DNA of 64,000 nucleotides from Tubiluchus corallicola. Lineage: Eukaryota > Animalia > Priapulida. Both the position numbers and the translations under genes were made by a program. Shown here in pieces: positions 49,573 to 63,173 of this stretch (its first letter is position 1; each line of letters opens with the position of its first letter). The stretch covers positions 186,001-250,000 of the forward strand of contig JAQGDQ010000197.1 of NCBI GenBank assembly GCA_030141605.1, read 5' to 3'. Under the pieces are notes generated by a model. That model was not told the origin of the DNA. It did not search any database and saw nothing but the letters and a program-made list of their open reading frames with translations.

Positions 49573-49739
49573 TATTGTATTTGTACAAAGTTCAATCTTT
49601 TTTCTTTCGTCTATTTATTTTCGCGAAGAATTCGCAAATCGTGCTGTAAAATGAAGGTCAGGCATAATTTTTCCCAATTCTTGACGGAATCATTAATTTT
49701 GTTGCAATTTTTGTTATTAACATTTTGCTACTAACAATA

Positions 49740-50460
49740 AATAGTTTAATCAACAAGTTAAAACATTTTGTACAGCATAATTTTTACAATAATAATTAGT
49801 GTATTGTCACAAAGTGGAAATCCTCAATCACATCTTATTTTGGCTTGTATTAGCACTAATTAGTAAATAATGTATAATAATATTTCTATGATGTGCGCAT
49901 GATGCTAAATGCCAAAGTGATACAGGATCTATCATGTCACAGGATTGTCACCTGTGTCACAGTTTAAACAATAGTATTGCATGTATGCAACAGTATTGGC
50001 ATGTGGTATTCGTAGCTTGAATTGGTGCGTAAGGAGGATGATATAACCCACATTGGAAAGGGTGTATCCAGTCCATAAACCATTGTGGCTTGATGGTGTA
50101 GGCGTCTGTTGTCCAAAGTGTCCCATTTCGGTTGCCGAAACAGTGATGTCAAAATGCCGTTCTCTTGATGATATTCACCTTTAATGAAACGAGCTGCTTG
50201 GTGTTGAATACTCTCAAAGTTGGTGATGTTACTTTGCGTATACGGACTCTATGCACACCAAGCTTATTTCAGCCAAGGACTAACCAAGGTATAATAAGTT
50301 TCTGCTTTACTTTCTCAGCACAATCAGAAAGCGTTTCACACGCACCAAAGTGCTATAGCTTGGTCATTCTTATCGCAGTTGTCATTCCAGCTGAAAGTTT
50401 GATCTATTGTAACTCTGAGATATTTGTGTGAACTAACCTTTGGACTGGCAACAAATCTGT
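49740..50460 (-). mobile_element. CR1-group LINE 3' fragment
   Basis: TSLFRQPKWDTLDNRRLHHQATMVY (cf. VT-ML--L-W-TLE-RR---RL-MFYK). Confidence 0.7.
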
Positions 50461-53076
50461 AATTGGGTATTCGAATGATCTTGATTCCTGTTTTTTAATA
50501 ATAGTTATTATTGTGTGCTATCAATGCTTATAGCAACAGTGCTTAGTCAGCGATCTGATCACCACGTTTATGATATAAATGGAAAATTCAGCGGCAGTTA
50601 GTGGACCAAAGTTCGTTAGCAAAATACCAACAACTGTTTTCAATTGCATAAACTAGCTGAAAGCCTAAATCGTTTCTAAACTTAACAAATTCGCCGTTCA
50701 ACAAATTGGATTCGACTAGTGTCACACGGCTGGCCTATGACACCTGTATAATTTTAATCAATTTAATTAGCTGTACTTGAACAGTTTCATCATTATTTAT
50801 ATCGGATACTATACTAATAATTTAGCAACTTGAACCATTCTGTCAACTAAATGCAACCTTGTGCTTTATTAGCAAGACCTTTTATTAGCAAGAGGCTTTA
50901 TAGTAGTAGCAACATTTGAAATGCACTCATCGAGGTAACTTGATTAAAGTTTGCTTCTTGAAATTCATCCATATATTTCTTTCGTTATTACTTTATTCTC
51001 CATAAACATTTCACTTAATAACCCGCGTGGTTTGCAATCCAAAACTGAAGAATGCAACCAGAAATTTTTGAGTGATTTAGCTACCGTAATAATTATTGTT
51101 GTTAATATGTGTCATCTGAACGTTTATAAATTCCCAGAGCAGGCTAACCTTACATTTATTGCTTTAATTTTACCAATACAGCAAAATAATTAAGTGCGGG
51201 AAAAGGTTTATAATTAATTTTACAATCACTGATCCAAATGGCGAAGGACAAATAGCACAGGCAAAGCTGCTCACGTGTTTCAAAATTATAGTCTTGATGT
51301 TAATTATTTATAGTATGTATTAGAAAATTTTAGTGGCATCTAGTTGATTACATGATAACACTGCTGTTGATTCGAAAAAGCCTGTGGTAAAACGTCATTT
51401 TTATTAGAAGAAATGTTTATATTATAATAACATATAACTGGGCACGCATTGTATGTATTTATGCAGACAGAATCGTGTCCATATTCATTATTTGTGTTTA
51501 CTTGTTTTATGCTGTGCGTTCTTTGGTTTAATCATTATAATATTTCTTATTCAATTTCTTTTTTATTCCACTCCTTGTTGTCAGAAATGAAAAATCTGCT
51601 GAGTTCTTGAAGAAATGGATTATGACACCATTCACATTAAGATTCATCTATAACATGTTGATCTTAGGCTACCCGGATCTAGTGCGTTTATGGCCACGAG
51701 AGCTGCGAAAAACGGCAGTACTAGATACTAAGATTAGTGTTCTTCTTAAAATTGAATATTTGTTTCTCGCGGTTTTGTGACTTTTTATCTATACTTTTCG
51801 GCATCCACGATACAGTAGAGGGAATTTGTACCTGACACCTTTATTAATTAAAAACAAAATGATAAAATTCTCCCAAAGATGTACGTGTAAATATTTCACC
51901 TGCCTTTATCTGTGAATGCGCGTATTTACTTATCACGTGCGGACTTAAATTCAGAACTGGCATTTTTTATTGTTCGTAGTGGGATGATTTTAGTGGCCGT
52001 CGACAGATGGCAGCAGAAAGTGACTTTTTGTTAGACTCTAACTTTTGTAGACGATATTGTCGCAATTTAACAAAAGAATTTCAAAGAGGGTGCAAAAATT
52101 GCGTCTGCAGAAAACTAAAAACTACTTTCAATTGTTTTAACTTCTAGTTTCCGTTTACGAATTTAAATATTTTATGGTTCTCAGATCTGCTGTAGTGATG
52201 TGTATTTTTATTGTCTAAAAGATCATTTGTTAGGCATTTTAACATTTAAGCCGAAATGAACCGGATCGATTCCTCGAGTTTTGAATTTGAACTGAAATAT
52301 TAGATTCGACGAAGTTCACCTAATTGCCAGATTACGTTCGTATTTACAGACAACGTTTCTCTTCCTCATCGTCTCGCCGTTACAGATTTTGTTTGCAAAA
52401 ACAATTTTCCAGTTAAACAACCTAAGTGACTAAGGTGATCAGTAATTGTATCGATTGCCAATATATCGATCTTCTCAAACAATCATGTAGGAGTAACGGT
52501 ATAGTAACAACAATAACAGTAACAACAACAACGTACTGTTTATATATATTTAGCTTCTATGTATTTCATATACAAATCGATATGCATTTAACAGCAGGGC
52601 CTATTTATCTATTTATTATTATGTTAACGGTTGTAGCTCGACCAAAATGTCATTACTTGTCAAGAGCGATTTTGCAAATAGGACAGTCAGCCGGCAGAAA
52701 TATTTCGGCAATGTTCGAATGTAAACTTAAAGTATTGCGAATGAAACAACGTCCTCAGAAGGGTTTCTTGCAGGTCACCTAACCATTTGGTATAAGTGCC
52801 AGTATTTCTTAATCGCAGTGGCATACCGCGGTTTCTGTTTTTTGCTTTAGCTGCAGTACTTAAATTTATTACAGTATAATTACATAATTTTGTATTTAAT
52901 ACTATAATTATATAGATATCTTTTATATTTTTCTTACTGTTCTGTAAATATTATATATTTATCGTTTTTATTCACTGTATTTTTCTTGTGAAATCCGAAA
53001 ATAAACATTTCAATCAATGTACTTTTCTATTGTGATAAATAGCTTTAACTTATATTTCCTTATACTGTATTTGCAG

Positions 53077-53733
53077 CTGCTCAGAATGTACGTTGGTCTC
53101 AGTCAGTTGCAGTAGTGGGAGAGAAAGATACACCTGTAGTGGTGGGAGCAAAGTTCCAAAACGTAAGTAATGTTTGTTTTAGGCCTACAATTAGTTTTCA
53201 TTTTTGCATGAAAAGCCATTCTGCAGCATGTCCATTTATTTCAAAATTCGAGAATACTTGCAAAGTTAGAAGTTCAAGGTCAACTGTTAGCAACTACTAA
53301 TTACATGTTTTGTAACCATGGTCGGTCTTCGTCTCATTTTCAAAATAAATTGATTTTGCAAAAAATTTCTGCAGATGACATTGGATAGTGGTTAAGTGTT
53401 TACTGCGATATTATAATAATTATAATAAATTGTAAAGCCTCCGAAAAAAGAGAGGGTGGGGGCTATTTTTCTTCTGATGAAGTTATTGCATATGTGCAGA
53501 AATCCAGCTGCCCTTTATCATGGTGCTTTCCTAAAGCCCAGTGATGACAGAATTACGATTACCAACGAGATGTTGGTAATTTTACATAAAGAATTTGCTC
53601 GTGTATGATGCACTTTAGAGGTGCACATTATAAGTTTTGTTAGTTCAATAATAATATGTGTACCTGGCGGCGTAAGTACCGGAAAAAGTGCTGGCATTAG
53701 ATGACGTGACATCTATTGTCAGGAAAAACTATT
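53077..53733 (+). pseudogene. Possible decayed exons of an Ig-domain gene
   Basis: ttgcag|53077-53162|gtaagt and cag|53508-53733|gtaagt; Ig-like YHGAFLKPSDDRITITNEMLVIL...ARV*C with stops. Confidence 0.3.
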
Positions 53734-55548
53734 GTAAGTAACCTCATTTTAAAATTTTTTATAGTTATTGTTATTTCATTTAAACTCAAATAGGAAAAAT
53801 TACAACATCTTACAGTAAATATACTGGATGGTCATTTCAAAATTTTCGTTTCTTACTTTTAACAACAGAACTATGTTTGTAGTACATTATTTGTAATACG
53901 TAATACTTTATTAATTTACTATTATACTATTTTGAACAGTTCACTTATAACTTTGCAATCTCTAATTTCTATGGCGTTTGATAGATGCCGCCAGCGTCCA
54001 CAATTTTAGCATAATCCATAAGCACGGCTTGAAACCCTTTTGCTGACAAAATTGGACATTGATAAAGGGAGTGTGGAGTGACACAAAATCAATTCTAGTC
54101 ATTCAGCTACAATAAGTGAATTGATTGAAATCATGCTTGTACCGTGATTAATAAATTTCACCACTGACTTTTAACAATGCCTATTTGCCATTTATAGCGA
54201 CTCTGTTAATTAAGTCTACATCATTTCCACGAGAATTTATACCTCTAAAGCAGTCTGACTTCGACTCATTCTACTGTAGTCGTTCGCCCTTTCAAATTAG
54301 AAAGAAACTGGTGGCGTTTTATCAACAATTTGATTTTGGCAAAATAATATTTTCTGTGATTTCTATATCATGTTTTATGTTTTCTTGTTAGATCTACAAT
54401 TACAGTAACATCATGCACGATGATTAGTACGACAATACACTGATTTAGTGTGACATTTGTGTAATCTGACGGATAAAAATTGTGAGCCAGTTAGAACTTG
54501 AGTTAAGAACCTTTCGCTTTCATGTCGCCTTGATTTTTTATTTATCCGGGTACTCAACTTAATGATACTCTTTTATTTTTGCCAGTCAGGAATTTATATG
54601 GGAATTTAAGCGCTCTCTAAAGTAGAGTTTAAATTAATTCCCTTGCAACACAGTTTAAAAATCGCTTACCTTTAACAGTCTGAAGCTTCATTTTATGAGA
54701 AGCAGTTAAATTCATTATTTTTGCTGTAAAAGTGGCCTACTTCGCGCCATCTTAATTTTCCACTTGCAGACGTCATGGGAGTTAGACATGCGCGCAGCCA
54801 GCTTAGCGACTACGTTAAAAACAAACTGCGTCTAGTTTAATTATTACATACAGACGCATCCTAGCTGTTTCCCCTTATTTTTTAATTTTATGACGAACAA
54901 TTGCCTACTATTATTTTTAGCTTGGTAGCTGCGTAAATCAGAAGCAACTCCTTAGCAATTTTGTCAATTCTTTTTATATGTGCATGGAGTTTTTCTGGGA
55001 TACAAAGTCTGGAATGATATATTCCCCAAATCTTGAGTACGCTTGGACAAGAAAAAAATTCATAGATCTTAATATATATATATATATATATGGAATCGCT
55101 TTTCAGCGGTAGCACTTGAATAAATAAACTAAAATATTATTAAAATTAGCCATAAATCAATTTTTCAAACGAGCAACGTTTAAATTTGGCTTCGTTCAAG
55201 TTTTTTCAAGCTGAGTGCGCCAGTGGAAGTGAAAAAACTTCAGACTTTTTAATTTACTATTGCTTTCTACTTCCTTCTCATTTAGCATTAGTACGCTTTA
55301 GTGTGTTAACATGATTACATCAATTGATAGTCTTACTCGACTTTGTATTGATATCTGTAGAAAAGGTATACGGTTTTAGTCACTTAACTCCGATGACATC
55401 ACGATCACAGTGAATCAAGATGACGAAAAGCAGTCTGCTTCGCGGCAACAAATTTGGGAGTTCAAAAACTTCTTACGCATTAAGGAAGCCATAAATTCAA
55501 TGAAAAGGTATACGCTTCACTATTACTGTAAGAGTATCAATTTAAATC

Positions 55549-55752
55549 TTAAGTAGCGTTTATCAGACATCCGGAATGCGTTATGCTTTATCCACCTGAG
55601 GAATAACTGCGTATAAAAATCAATAGGAAATAGCGGCAGAAAAAATAACGCATTAAGATAATAATAATGAGAGAGATTTGATAAACGGGTGCTTTGAAAA
55701 CAACATAAACCGATTTTAACTATTCCGCGTTCGCATAACGCATACCCATTCC
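55549..55752. mobile_element. ~200-bp inverted-repeat MITE, copy 2
   Basis: atgcgttatgc...gcataacgcat inverted repeat; colinear similarity to 16468-16679. Confidence 0.7.
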
Positions 55753-56555
55753 AAACTTTAGTTTACAAAATGCTTCCATTCCCTCTTAAGGTGCGCTAAT
55801 GAGGTCTACACGATAACAAGAAACATAACTAATCTTATAATGTTAAACTACACAGTTCCTCGGAAAATCAGTGAAATTCACAGCACACATGCATCTCGGA
55901 AATGTTTAATTACCGTAACGCGAGCCGTTCGTGCCGCACGCACCGCTATCGATATTTTCGAGTTTTCACTGCAACGTGAAACGAAGCCACAAATTAAACT
56001 GTTTAGCTTCCTAGTATGCGACACTTAAATTTTCCAAAATTGAATGGGATACTGACAGATGAGCAGATTATCACCTTTTCTGCGTGGAGTGATTACTAAG
56101 TTCGTATGTTTCTGTACAGTATTCATTTTATTAATCCCACCGATTCTCCGTGCACGGTTCGATGAAACTTTGCTACATGAAAATGACGACATTGCCAAAT
56201 TCTGATTCTCACGGCGTATCGTCAATGGAAATGTATTAAATCTTCGAAGCTAAGCGTGTAACGTATCGAAAGGAACCAGTTAGTGTTTAAATAAAATCTA
56301 GATACAATTGTGTAAAGAGTTATTAATACTACTTTACCTAAGGTTGTTGTGATAACTATTTTTAAAATTTGTATGAATTAATTGTTATTTGTTCTGTACG
56401 CTCGAGTCACAATATTCTTTTGTAAGGGGATTTTGTCTCTAGTAAATGTCTCTTTCACTGTTGATGAAATCTGTCTTGTTTATTTGTTTGTAACGTAATG
56501 TATGTAATTGTGGTTCAGTAAACAAGCACTCGTATTGTGTGTTACTTAACTGTCA

Positions 56556-56671
56556 GGGGCCAAAATTGCCTGACGCCCCCAAATATTGAGACCCAATTAT
56601 CCGAGGTACAATAGTCTGGGGCCCTAGTTGTCTGTAGCCCAAAATGTTTCGAGCCGAAGTGTCCTAGAATC
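56556..56671. repeat. Degenerate ~15-bp minisatellite (~7 units)
   Basis: ggggccaaaattgcc / gagacccaattatcc / ggggccctagttgtct / gagccgaagtgtcc, ending tagaatc. Confidence 0.6.
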
Positions 56672-57347
56672 GTGAATGAAGGTCGGTTTCTTTCCAAGGA
56701 TTCGGACTTTTGATTAAACAGCTGCGTTCAGAATTTATTAACAAGCTAATGATTAAACCAGAGTTTTCCGAATGAATCCAAGTTGCTTCTAACATCGACA
56801 AAATTCAACAGAATTTAGAACTTAATAACCTGTCATCAAAAGTTAGTTAAATTGAAGGAAGCGAAAAATTCATTTATCACCAATTTGTGAATGAAAAACT
56901 TCTTCGTCTAGACGCTATTGTCGGATGACTGCTACGTGGCAAATTGTCTCTAGATGCCGCGGAATTTGAGAAAAATTATTTAAGTGTGATATTTAAGCCT
57001 GTATCATTTCATCTCGGAGTGCATTTACTACTAAACATTGTTGTCAGAGAGAAAACTCACGCAAGAAAATCTGCTAGTCTAAACGCGCGTAACTTATAAG
57101 AGTCCGTTTTTTTCAAAAGCTTCTAAAGATTTTCCAACTTGGAAACAATTTTGAAGTTTGCATTGTCTGAATTTGAATGCACTGACAATAGAAAAATACA
57201 ACTGTTAACGTTTAATGTCGTACTTGACAAATACCATAAATGGCCTTGATAACGAAATAAAAATAGGCCAAAGTTTATCAGAAATGACCACATGTGAAAC
57301 AACAGGCAACAGGTAAACATAACAAAACACATGAAATTAGCACCAGT

Positions 57348-58751
57348 GTGGAGCTGGCAACTAAAATCCTGTTGGTGTTTTTAATGTTCTACTTTAGTGG
57401 ATGTCTGTCTACTTTTAGTTCTACTTCTGCGCCTGCTGAAAGTGCATTTGTCAACGTAACAGAACTGCCTGCTGAACCAAGGATTCGTGGAGGCGCAGAA
57501 GTTATTGAAAGTTAATTTCTTTACATCAGGGGTGTGCAAATTATCTGACTAGCCGGGCCACATTAAACTTTCCCGCAATTCCTGCGGGCCACAGGCAGTT
57601 TGATCAAGGAGCCAAGTACAGAAAGGCCTAATAACGATTTTTTGCACCCGACCTGCTTACATCATTACTACTACACTCAAGAAACTATTTTAGAAGTTCT
57701 TAAAATTTATATTACAAACCATATATTTATACTTTCAGGACAGATAGTGGTAATTTCATTACAATGCATATTAGTAATGTGTATCACACAGTCTGTGTAG
57801 TACATTGATATTTAGCTACAACCGTCTTGTAAGGGTTAATGGCATCCGATCTAGTAGAAAAAACTACCCACACTATCTTTGGGATCGTGGTACGGACTTC
57901 AGCTGGATACACTCAATTAATCGCCCGGGCCGCAAGTTGCACATCCCTGCCTTACATAGTTCGTCTTGTTTTGACGAAAAGTGTTTGTGGAGGAACCCTC
58001 ATCGATAATTTGTAGTTTTAACAGCAACTCATTGTTTTACTGGTGTTACAGAGCCCGGAGAACACTTAAAAGTCTATATCGGTCACAACAGAATATGGCG
58101 GTCGCCAATAGTGCTTTGGGTTAGGTGGTATCATCAACATGTTCTTTGGTTACCGGGAACTTTTGAGTACAATGATATTGCCTTAGTGCGATTAAGCAGG
58201 CGAGTTGAATATATTGTCATTATCGGAGGCGACCAAGACATTCTATTCTGCCTGCTAAACAACCTGTTTATGAAGGAGATGATTATGTTAACGAAATGGT
58301 TGTTATGGCAGGTCGGGGTAGTCATGGAAAGGCAGGTGTTCGTCCGACTGTACAGGATCATTTACAGAAAACTGAATTAGTAGTAATTAGTATGTTTGGT
58401 GATTGTGATGATCTTCACAAAATTTTTCATATTTGCGCTTATAATTCAACTCGCAGTAATGTTGGAGGCGATTCAGACGAACCCTTGATACTAAAAAGAA
58501 CAGGAGAGGTTATTGGCGTTCTATCCAGTGCATCTGGTAGACGTTTACGCAATAAAGCTCTTATTGATGATATGGCGACAGTCAGTGTCTCTGTGAAAAT
58601 TTCTTTTTATTTAAATTGGATTGAAGATACGAAGCGTATGTATGTACCTGGCGACAGTATCTTTGACCCCGAGCACAACACAGCTCCATTACATGACATA
58701 ACAATGATAATCCATGTTATTACACAGTATTCCGTAATTCATTTCATTTGA
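57348..58751 (+). pseudogene. Trypsin-like (S1) serine protease pseudogene, intronless, MITE-disrupted
   Basis: Signal-peptide-like ELATKILLVFLMFYFSGCLST, activation site R-IRGG, FPYIV..CGGTLI, LTATHC, NDIALVRL, GGDSDEPL; TAA at 57513, frameshifts near 58010 and before 58296. Confidence 0.92.
57527..57949. mobile_element. hAT-type MITE inside the protease pseudogene
   Basis: TIR CAGGGGTGTGCAAATT / AAGTTGCACATCCCTG (14/16); 8-bp TSD CTTTACAT / CCTTACAT; removing it rejoins the protease frame. Confidence 0.92.
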
Positions 58752-58949
58752 AATAGGAAATAAAAAGTTGCAGTAAAAAAACTGTAAAAAATTCCAAGCA
58801 GTTAAAGGCTTTGAAATTGTCATCTTAAAATTTTCATGTTAAAATTACATGCTTTAAATTTATCTTATCGCGATTTCTGATAAGACTAGCTGTTAAAAAT
58901 AGAAATTATTAATAAAATTTGTTAGTCGTTATTAATCATGACGAATGTA

Positions 58950-59043
58950 AAAAAGTTTGGTACAAGGAAGTTTTGACACTAGGAAAATGCGGTAGGAGGA
59001 CAATTTCGTAATAGAAAGTTTGGTACTGTAAAATTTGGTACTA
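58950..59043. repeat. Degenerate ~15-bp minisatellite
   Basis: aaagtttggtac-type units recurring about every 15 bp. Confidence 0.55.
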
Positions 59044-61184
59044 AACGAAAAAAAACGAAACGCATTTCTATATCTCAGTATAAAATAGTTCCCAATGTAT
59101 GGAATTCTATTTTTTTGTTACGTCAAAACAGTATCGTGCCTACCTAGATTTAAGAAGCAGATGAAAACATTTCTCTTAAGTACGTATTAGGTGGATTCGG
59201 CCATCAACTTTTATTTCCATATTGCTTATACCACGGTTGTCACTCACAGTCAGTCACTGTATACAGACTTATCATGCTATAGCCATTTCATTGCATTTTC
59301 ATTATTTCTTTTCATTTTTTACAATTTTTAGCTTTTTTCTTCTCTTTTGCTTACATACTTACTTACACCCTAATCTTACCTTCACGTCATCCCTTTTCAT
59401 TGTGCATCTCTTTTATCCTGCCCTTAACATCTAACAACACACCATGCATTGCAGTTGGGCTTTAGAAGTCCTAGCGTTTAGCTCTGCTATAAGCAGTTAC
59501 ATTTGTTCACTATTACTTGCTCACTTGATAAGAAGTTGTAGTAATTTTGTTTTTAGTTTGTGCAATTGGATGTAATATGTCTATGTACGTATTTTTAATG
59601 ATGTTTTTCTCTAATAAACAATAACCACCTTCCTTGTCATTTTGCCGTATTCGCTATAATTTCTTCGAAAAGAAAACATGTTTTTAGTGTTTTTTCGCTT
59701 TGATTTTATTACCATGACTTCATAGATGTTTTCTGTTAGAAACAATTTCCACAACTAAACACCTATAAAAATGTAATGATAAGTCTATAGGTGTAAAGAA
59801 AATATGAGACAAAACGAAACTGCCCAAAGCCACACAAACGATCTTTTCGCTTACACTTGCTGCGTCACAGCTACGTCATACGCCAGCACGTATTAAACAA
59901 AGTCTTCTGACAACATGAATTGAAATGGAAAAGTAATCATTTAAGTCTGGCTTCCATTGACTATCAATATCATAAGTCTTGGCGACGAATAAATGCCAAA
60001 GTAATGATTGGACGGCCAGACTTCATCTACTGAAAGCGCCCCCCAGAGAAAACCTGCAAATTTATACTCAGTAAAGAAATCGCAAGGTAAACACGCCATA
60101 TTTGAGTGCAGGAATTAGAAATTTATCAGGAAAAATCAAGCTTCATGGCCGAACAAATAGAGGAACAGCTAAAATGAGAAGCTAGCATAAAGCGTATGAA
60201 AAGTTCGATGTCGTTTATCCTTCTTATTTGCAAATTGATTAGTCAAAATTATTATAGTTTGACAAACACAGGTCTAATGCTTTTACTGCCCCTGTAGGAA
60301 ACTGTACGAAACTAATCGCGATCCAAATTACTGCCTTGAAATTAACAGCAACAGGAAATCTAACGGGACAATCTAACTAGCCCTGCTTTTTGATTGCCCG
60401 CAACACATTTGCAAACTATGATATATCTAAACTAGTTATGTGCTCAAAGTAAACTGTATACGAATTTAGTAAGCAACATACAACAGCGATAATTCTCTTG
60501 TTTATCTTTCAACCCCACAGTGTTTTGAGAGTCAAGTTAGTATATTTGTAATGATGCTGTACATAACGTTATTTAGACACAGTATTAAAGGAAGTAGCGA
60601 TATTACTATCTTTATTTACCATAGGTTGACCTTTAGACTAGGTCTAAAGCCAGTCTAAATCATTTTTTCCAAAATTTGCTTCCTATTATGTATCTTACTG
60701 TTTGTTATTCATTGAATTATTGAAGACTTTCTTTTAATGTATTAATTTGGTATTTGTGTTGATGTGAAATAAATAAACAAATAAACAAATAAGCAACTGC
60801 ATCAAACACTAAACAAGTTCGACGACATTTAAACAAAATGCTTGTGTGTAATGCATAGGCATGAAGCAATCAAGAAACAATGCAAGAGGTGCTGCTATCT
60901 ACTGAGCCTATAGCAAATCTGGTGATAGAAGATGTAAGGAAATTAATTATTTGGAACAGTGTAATTTATTATTTTACGGTTAGGTACTAACAGCTAAGTG
61001 CTTAATTATTGAATAATTAAACAGTAATGATTGAAATTATTCTGAATTTTCGAAAATGCGTAGGAGCTGCCAGATTTGTGTCGAAATAGTGAGATGTTTA
61101 TGGTTGGTTACCTTGTATCAGTCGATATCAAACGTTGAATGATTGAAAACATTTATAATCATGTTGTTAAGTGTCACGTGTTGC

Positions 61185-61191
61185 AATAATA

Positions 61192-61255
<64 letters not shown>

Positions 61256-61358
61256 GCTAATAATAATTAATAATAATATTTAATTAAAATAACTAAAAAA
61301 TAATAAATAATTAATAATAATAATAATAATAATTATTATTATTATTATTATTATTTAC

Positions 61359-61444
<86 letters not shown>

Positions 61445-61457
61445 ATTATTATTATTA
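61185..61457. repeat. (AAT)n directly followed by (ATT)n, forming an AT-rich palindrome
   Basis: AAT arm 61185-61332, ATT arm 61333-61457, no spacer. Confidence 0.95.
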
Positions 61458-62304
61458 CAGTTCATAAAGTCCTGTAATCTTTTTACTGGTTTTCTATGAT
61501 TTCCTCTATCAAATTATACGTGTTTGTAAGTTTCTTAAAGATTATGGTTTGTTATGGTAATAGGAAGTTTGCAAATTCAATATTAGACAAGCCTAGACGT
61601 AATTACGTATATACACGGATTCAAATTATTGTATTATTCTGTATTACGATGACAGTCTAGACGAGAGCTTCTCCATGCAGTATTTTTGTTATAACCGACC
61701 GATTACTGCTCCCCTGATCAGCGCAATCAACTCAGCGCTGCCTGAGAAACGATAAAACATTCATGTTTATTTATTTATAAGCAACAGAATAGAATAGCAG
61801 TGGGAACAGAATGGCCTCTGTAACATCACCTTCATATATCATACTGACTGCAGCAAGCAAAGGCGTATTTAGAGTTACCGAAGGTGGGCAATTTAAAATC
61901 AATAAATTAGCGTGATGAGGCATGAAGACAAATTATAACACCCAAGAAGGCTGCGATATTTACTGATCACCTTAACTACAGCAAGAGAGGGCTATATTTA
62001 TCAAAAAAATTGTCGAGGAATGCTTAGACCGTGGTTAGGGCAGCAGTACAGTAAACAAATCTCCTAAATGTTTTAGCGAATGCGTGATCTGTTTTACGTG
62101 TTCTACAATACAGGTGAAATGCGTAACGTTTACTGTTTGTGACTGTTTAAATTGTGCTGGGAGTAACTGTTTAATTTTAGCTAGTACTCCTACTCCATGG
62201 GGCACAGACGTACGCAAAACCGTACTGAACATGGCTATATAATTTTATTGTTTACTTTTTGCCAATATATAAATGTATATAATTTTGTGCCTAATAAATA
62301 GTTA

Positions 62305-62339
62305 TAGTAGTAGTAGTAGTAGTAGTAGCAATAGTAGTA

Positions 62340-62435
<96 letters not shown>

Positions 62436-62445
62436 CAGTAGTAGT
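62305..62445. repeat. (AGT)n microsatellite
   Basis: Direct reading. Confidence 0.97.
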
Positions 62446-63173
62446 GTTTTTGTACATACACGACACTATGTGTTACTGATGATTTGTATGGATTTGTATT
62501 TAGAACTGGTACTGCTTTTATACTGCAATTGTTGTTATTGCCGGCTGTCAACTTCATCAGTGCCAGTTGTAGTAATGATGATGGCTTGTTTTGGTAAACT
62601 TTGTGGTTTTTACTATGCCTTTTACTTGTCTAGCTATGTGACAAAGCTTTATCTTTTCCCGTAGTAGTTATGGCATAATGTTTGATATTTGCTAGTGGGC
62701 GTTATTCACAAGCTGTTTACACTGTATCGTTTAAATGCATACTAGTGCGTACATTCTGACATCATCACGTGTTTCTAATGGTAGGTAATGAATTATGACA
62801 AGTGAGTTTATAAGTGAAATTAATAAAATACCGCAATGGTATGATGCTTCATATTATTGCCACTTACGTCTACACATCTCGTTATTTACATACTGTGACA
62901 CCTTGCTATTTTACATTAAAATGGCATCATGCACACTTTTCTAACTTGCTTTGCAATAGCTTTTAATGTTGGTGATATTATGAATCTATAGAAGCACAAA
63001 GTTTGGTAACAGAATAGCTATTTGATTTATTGAATTAATGTTATTACGGTGGAGTTTCCACGAATTAAGCCTTGTTTGAAGTTGACGATTTGTGTGTACT
63101 AAGCAGTTAACACCACTGAATCTTGCTGTTTGTTATTCTTAGTCTTACAGGTACAAAAACATTGATGAGATGA

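Noticed and set aside
53474-53505. CTGATGA...GAAA as a hammerhead core
   Set aside because: No properly placed stem II or III and no cleavage triplet.
62273-62557. Poly-Val and poly-Tyr ORFs
   Set aside because: Translations of the (AGT)n microsatellite.
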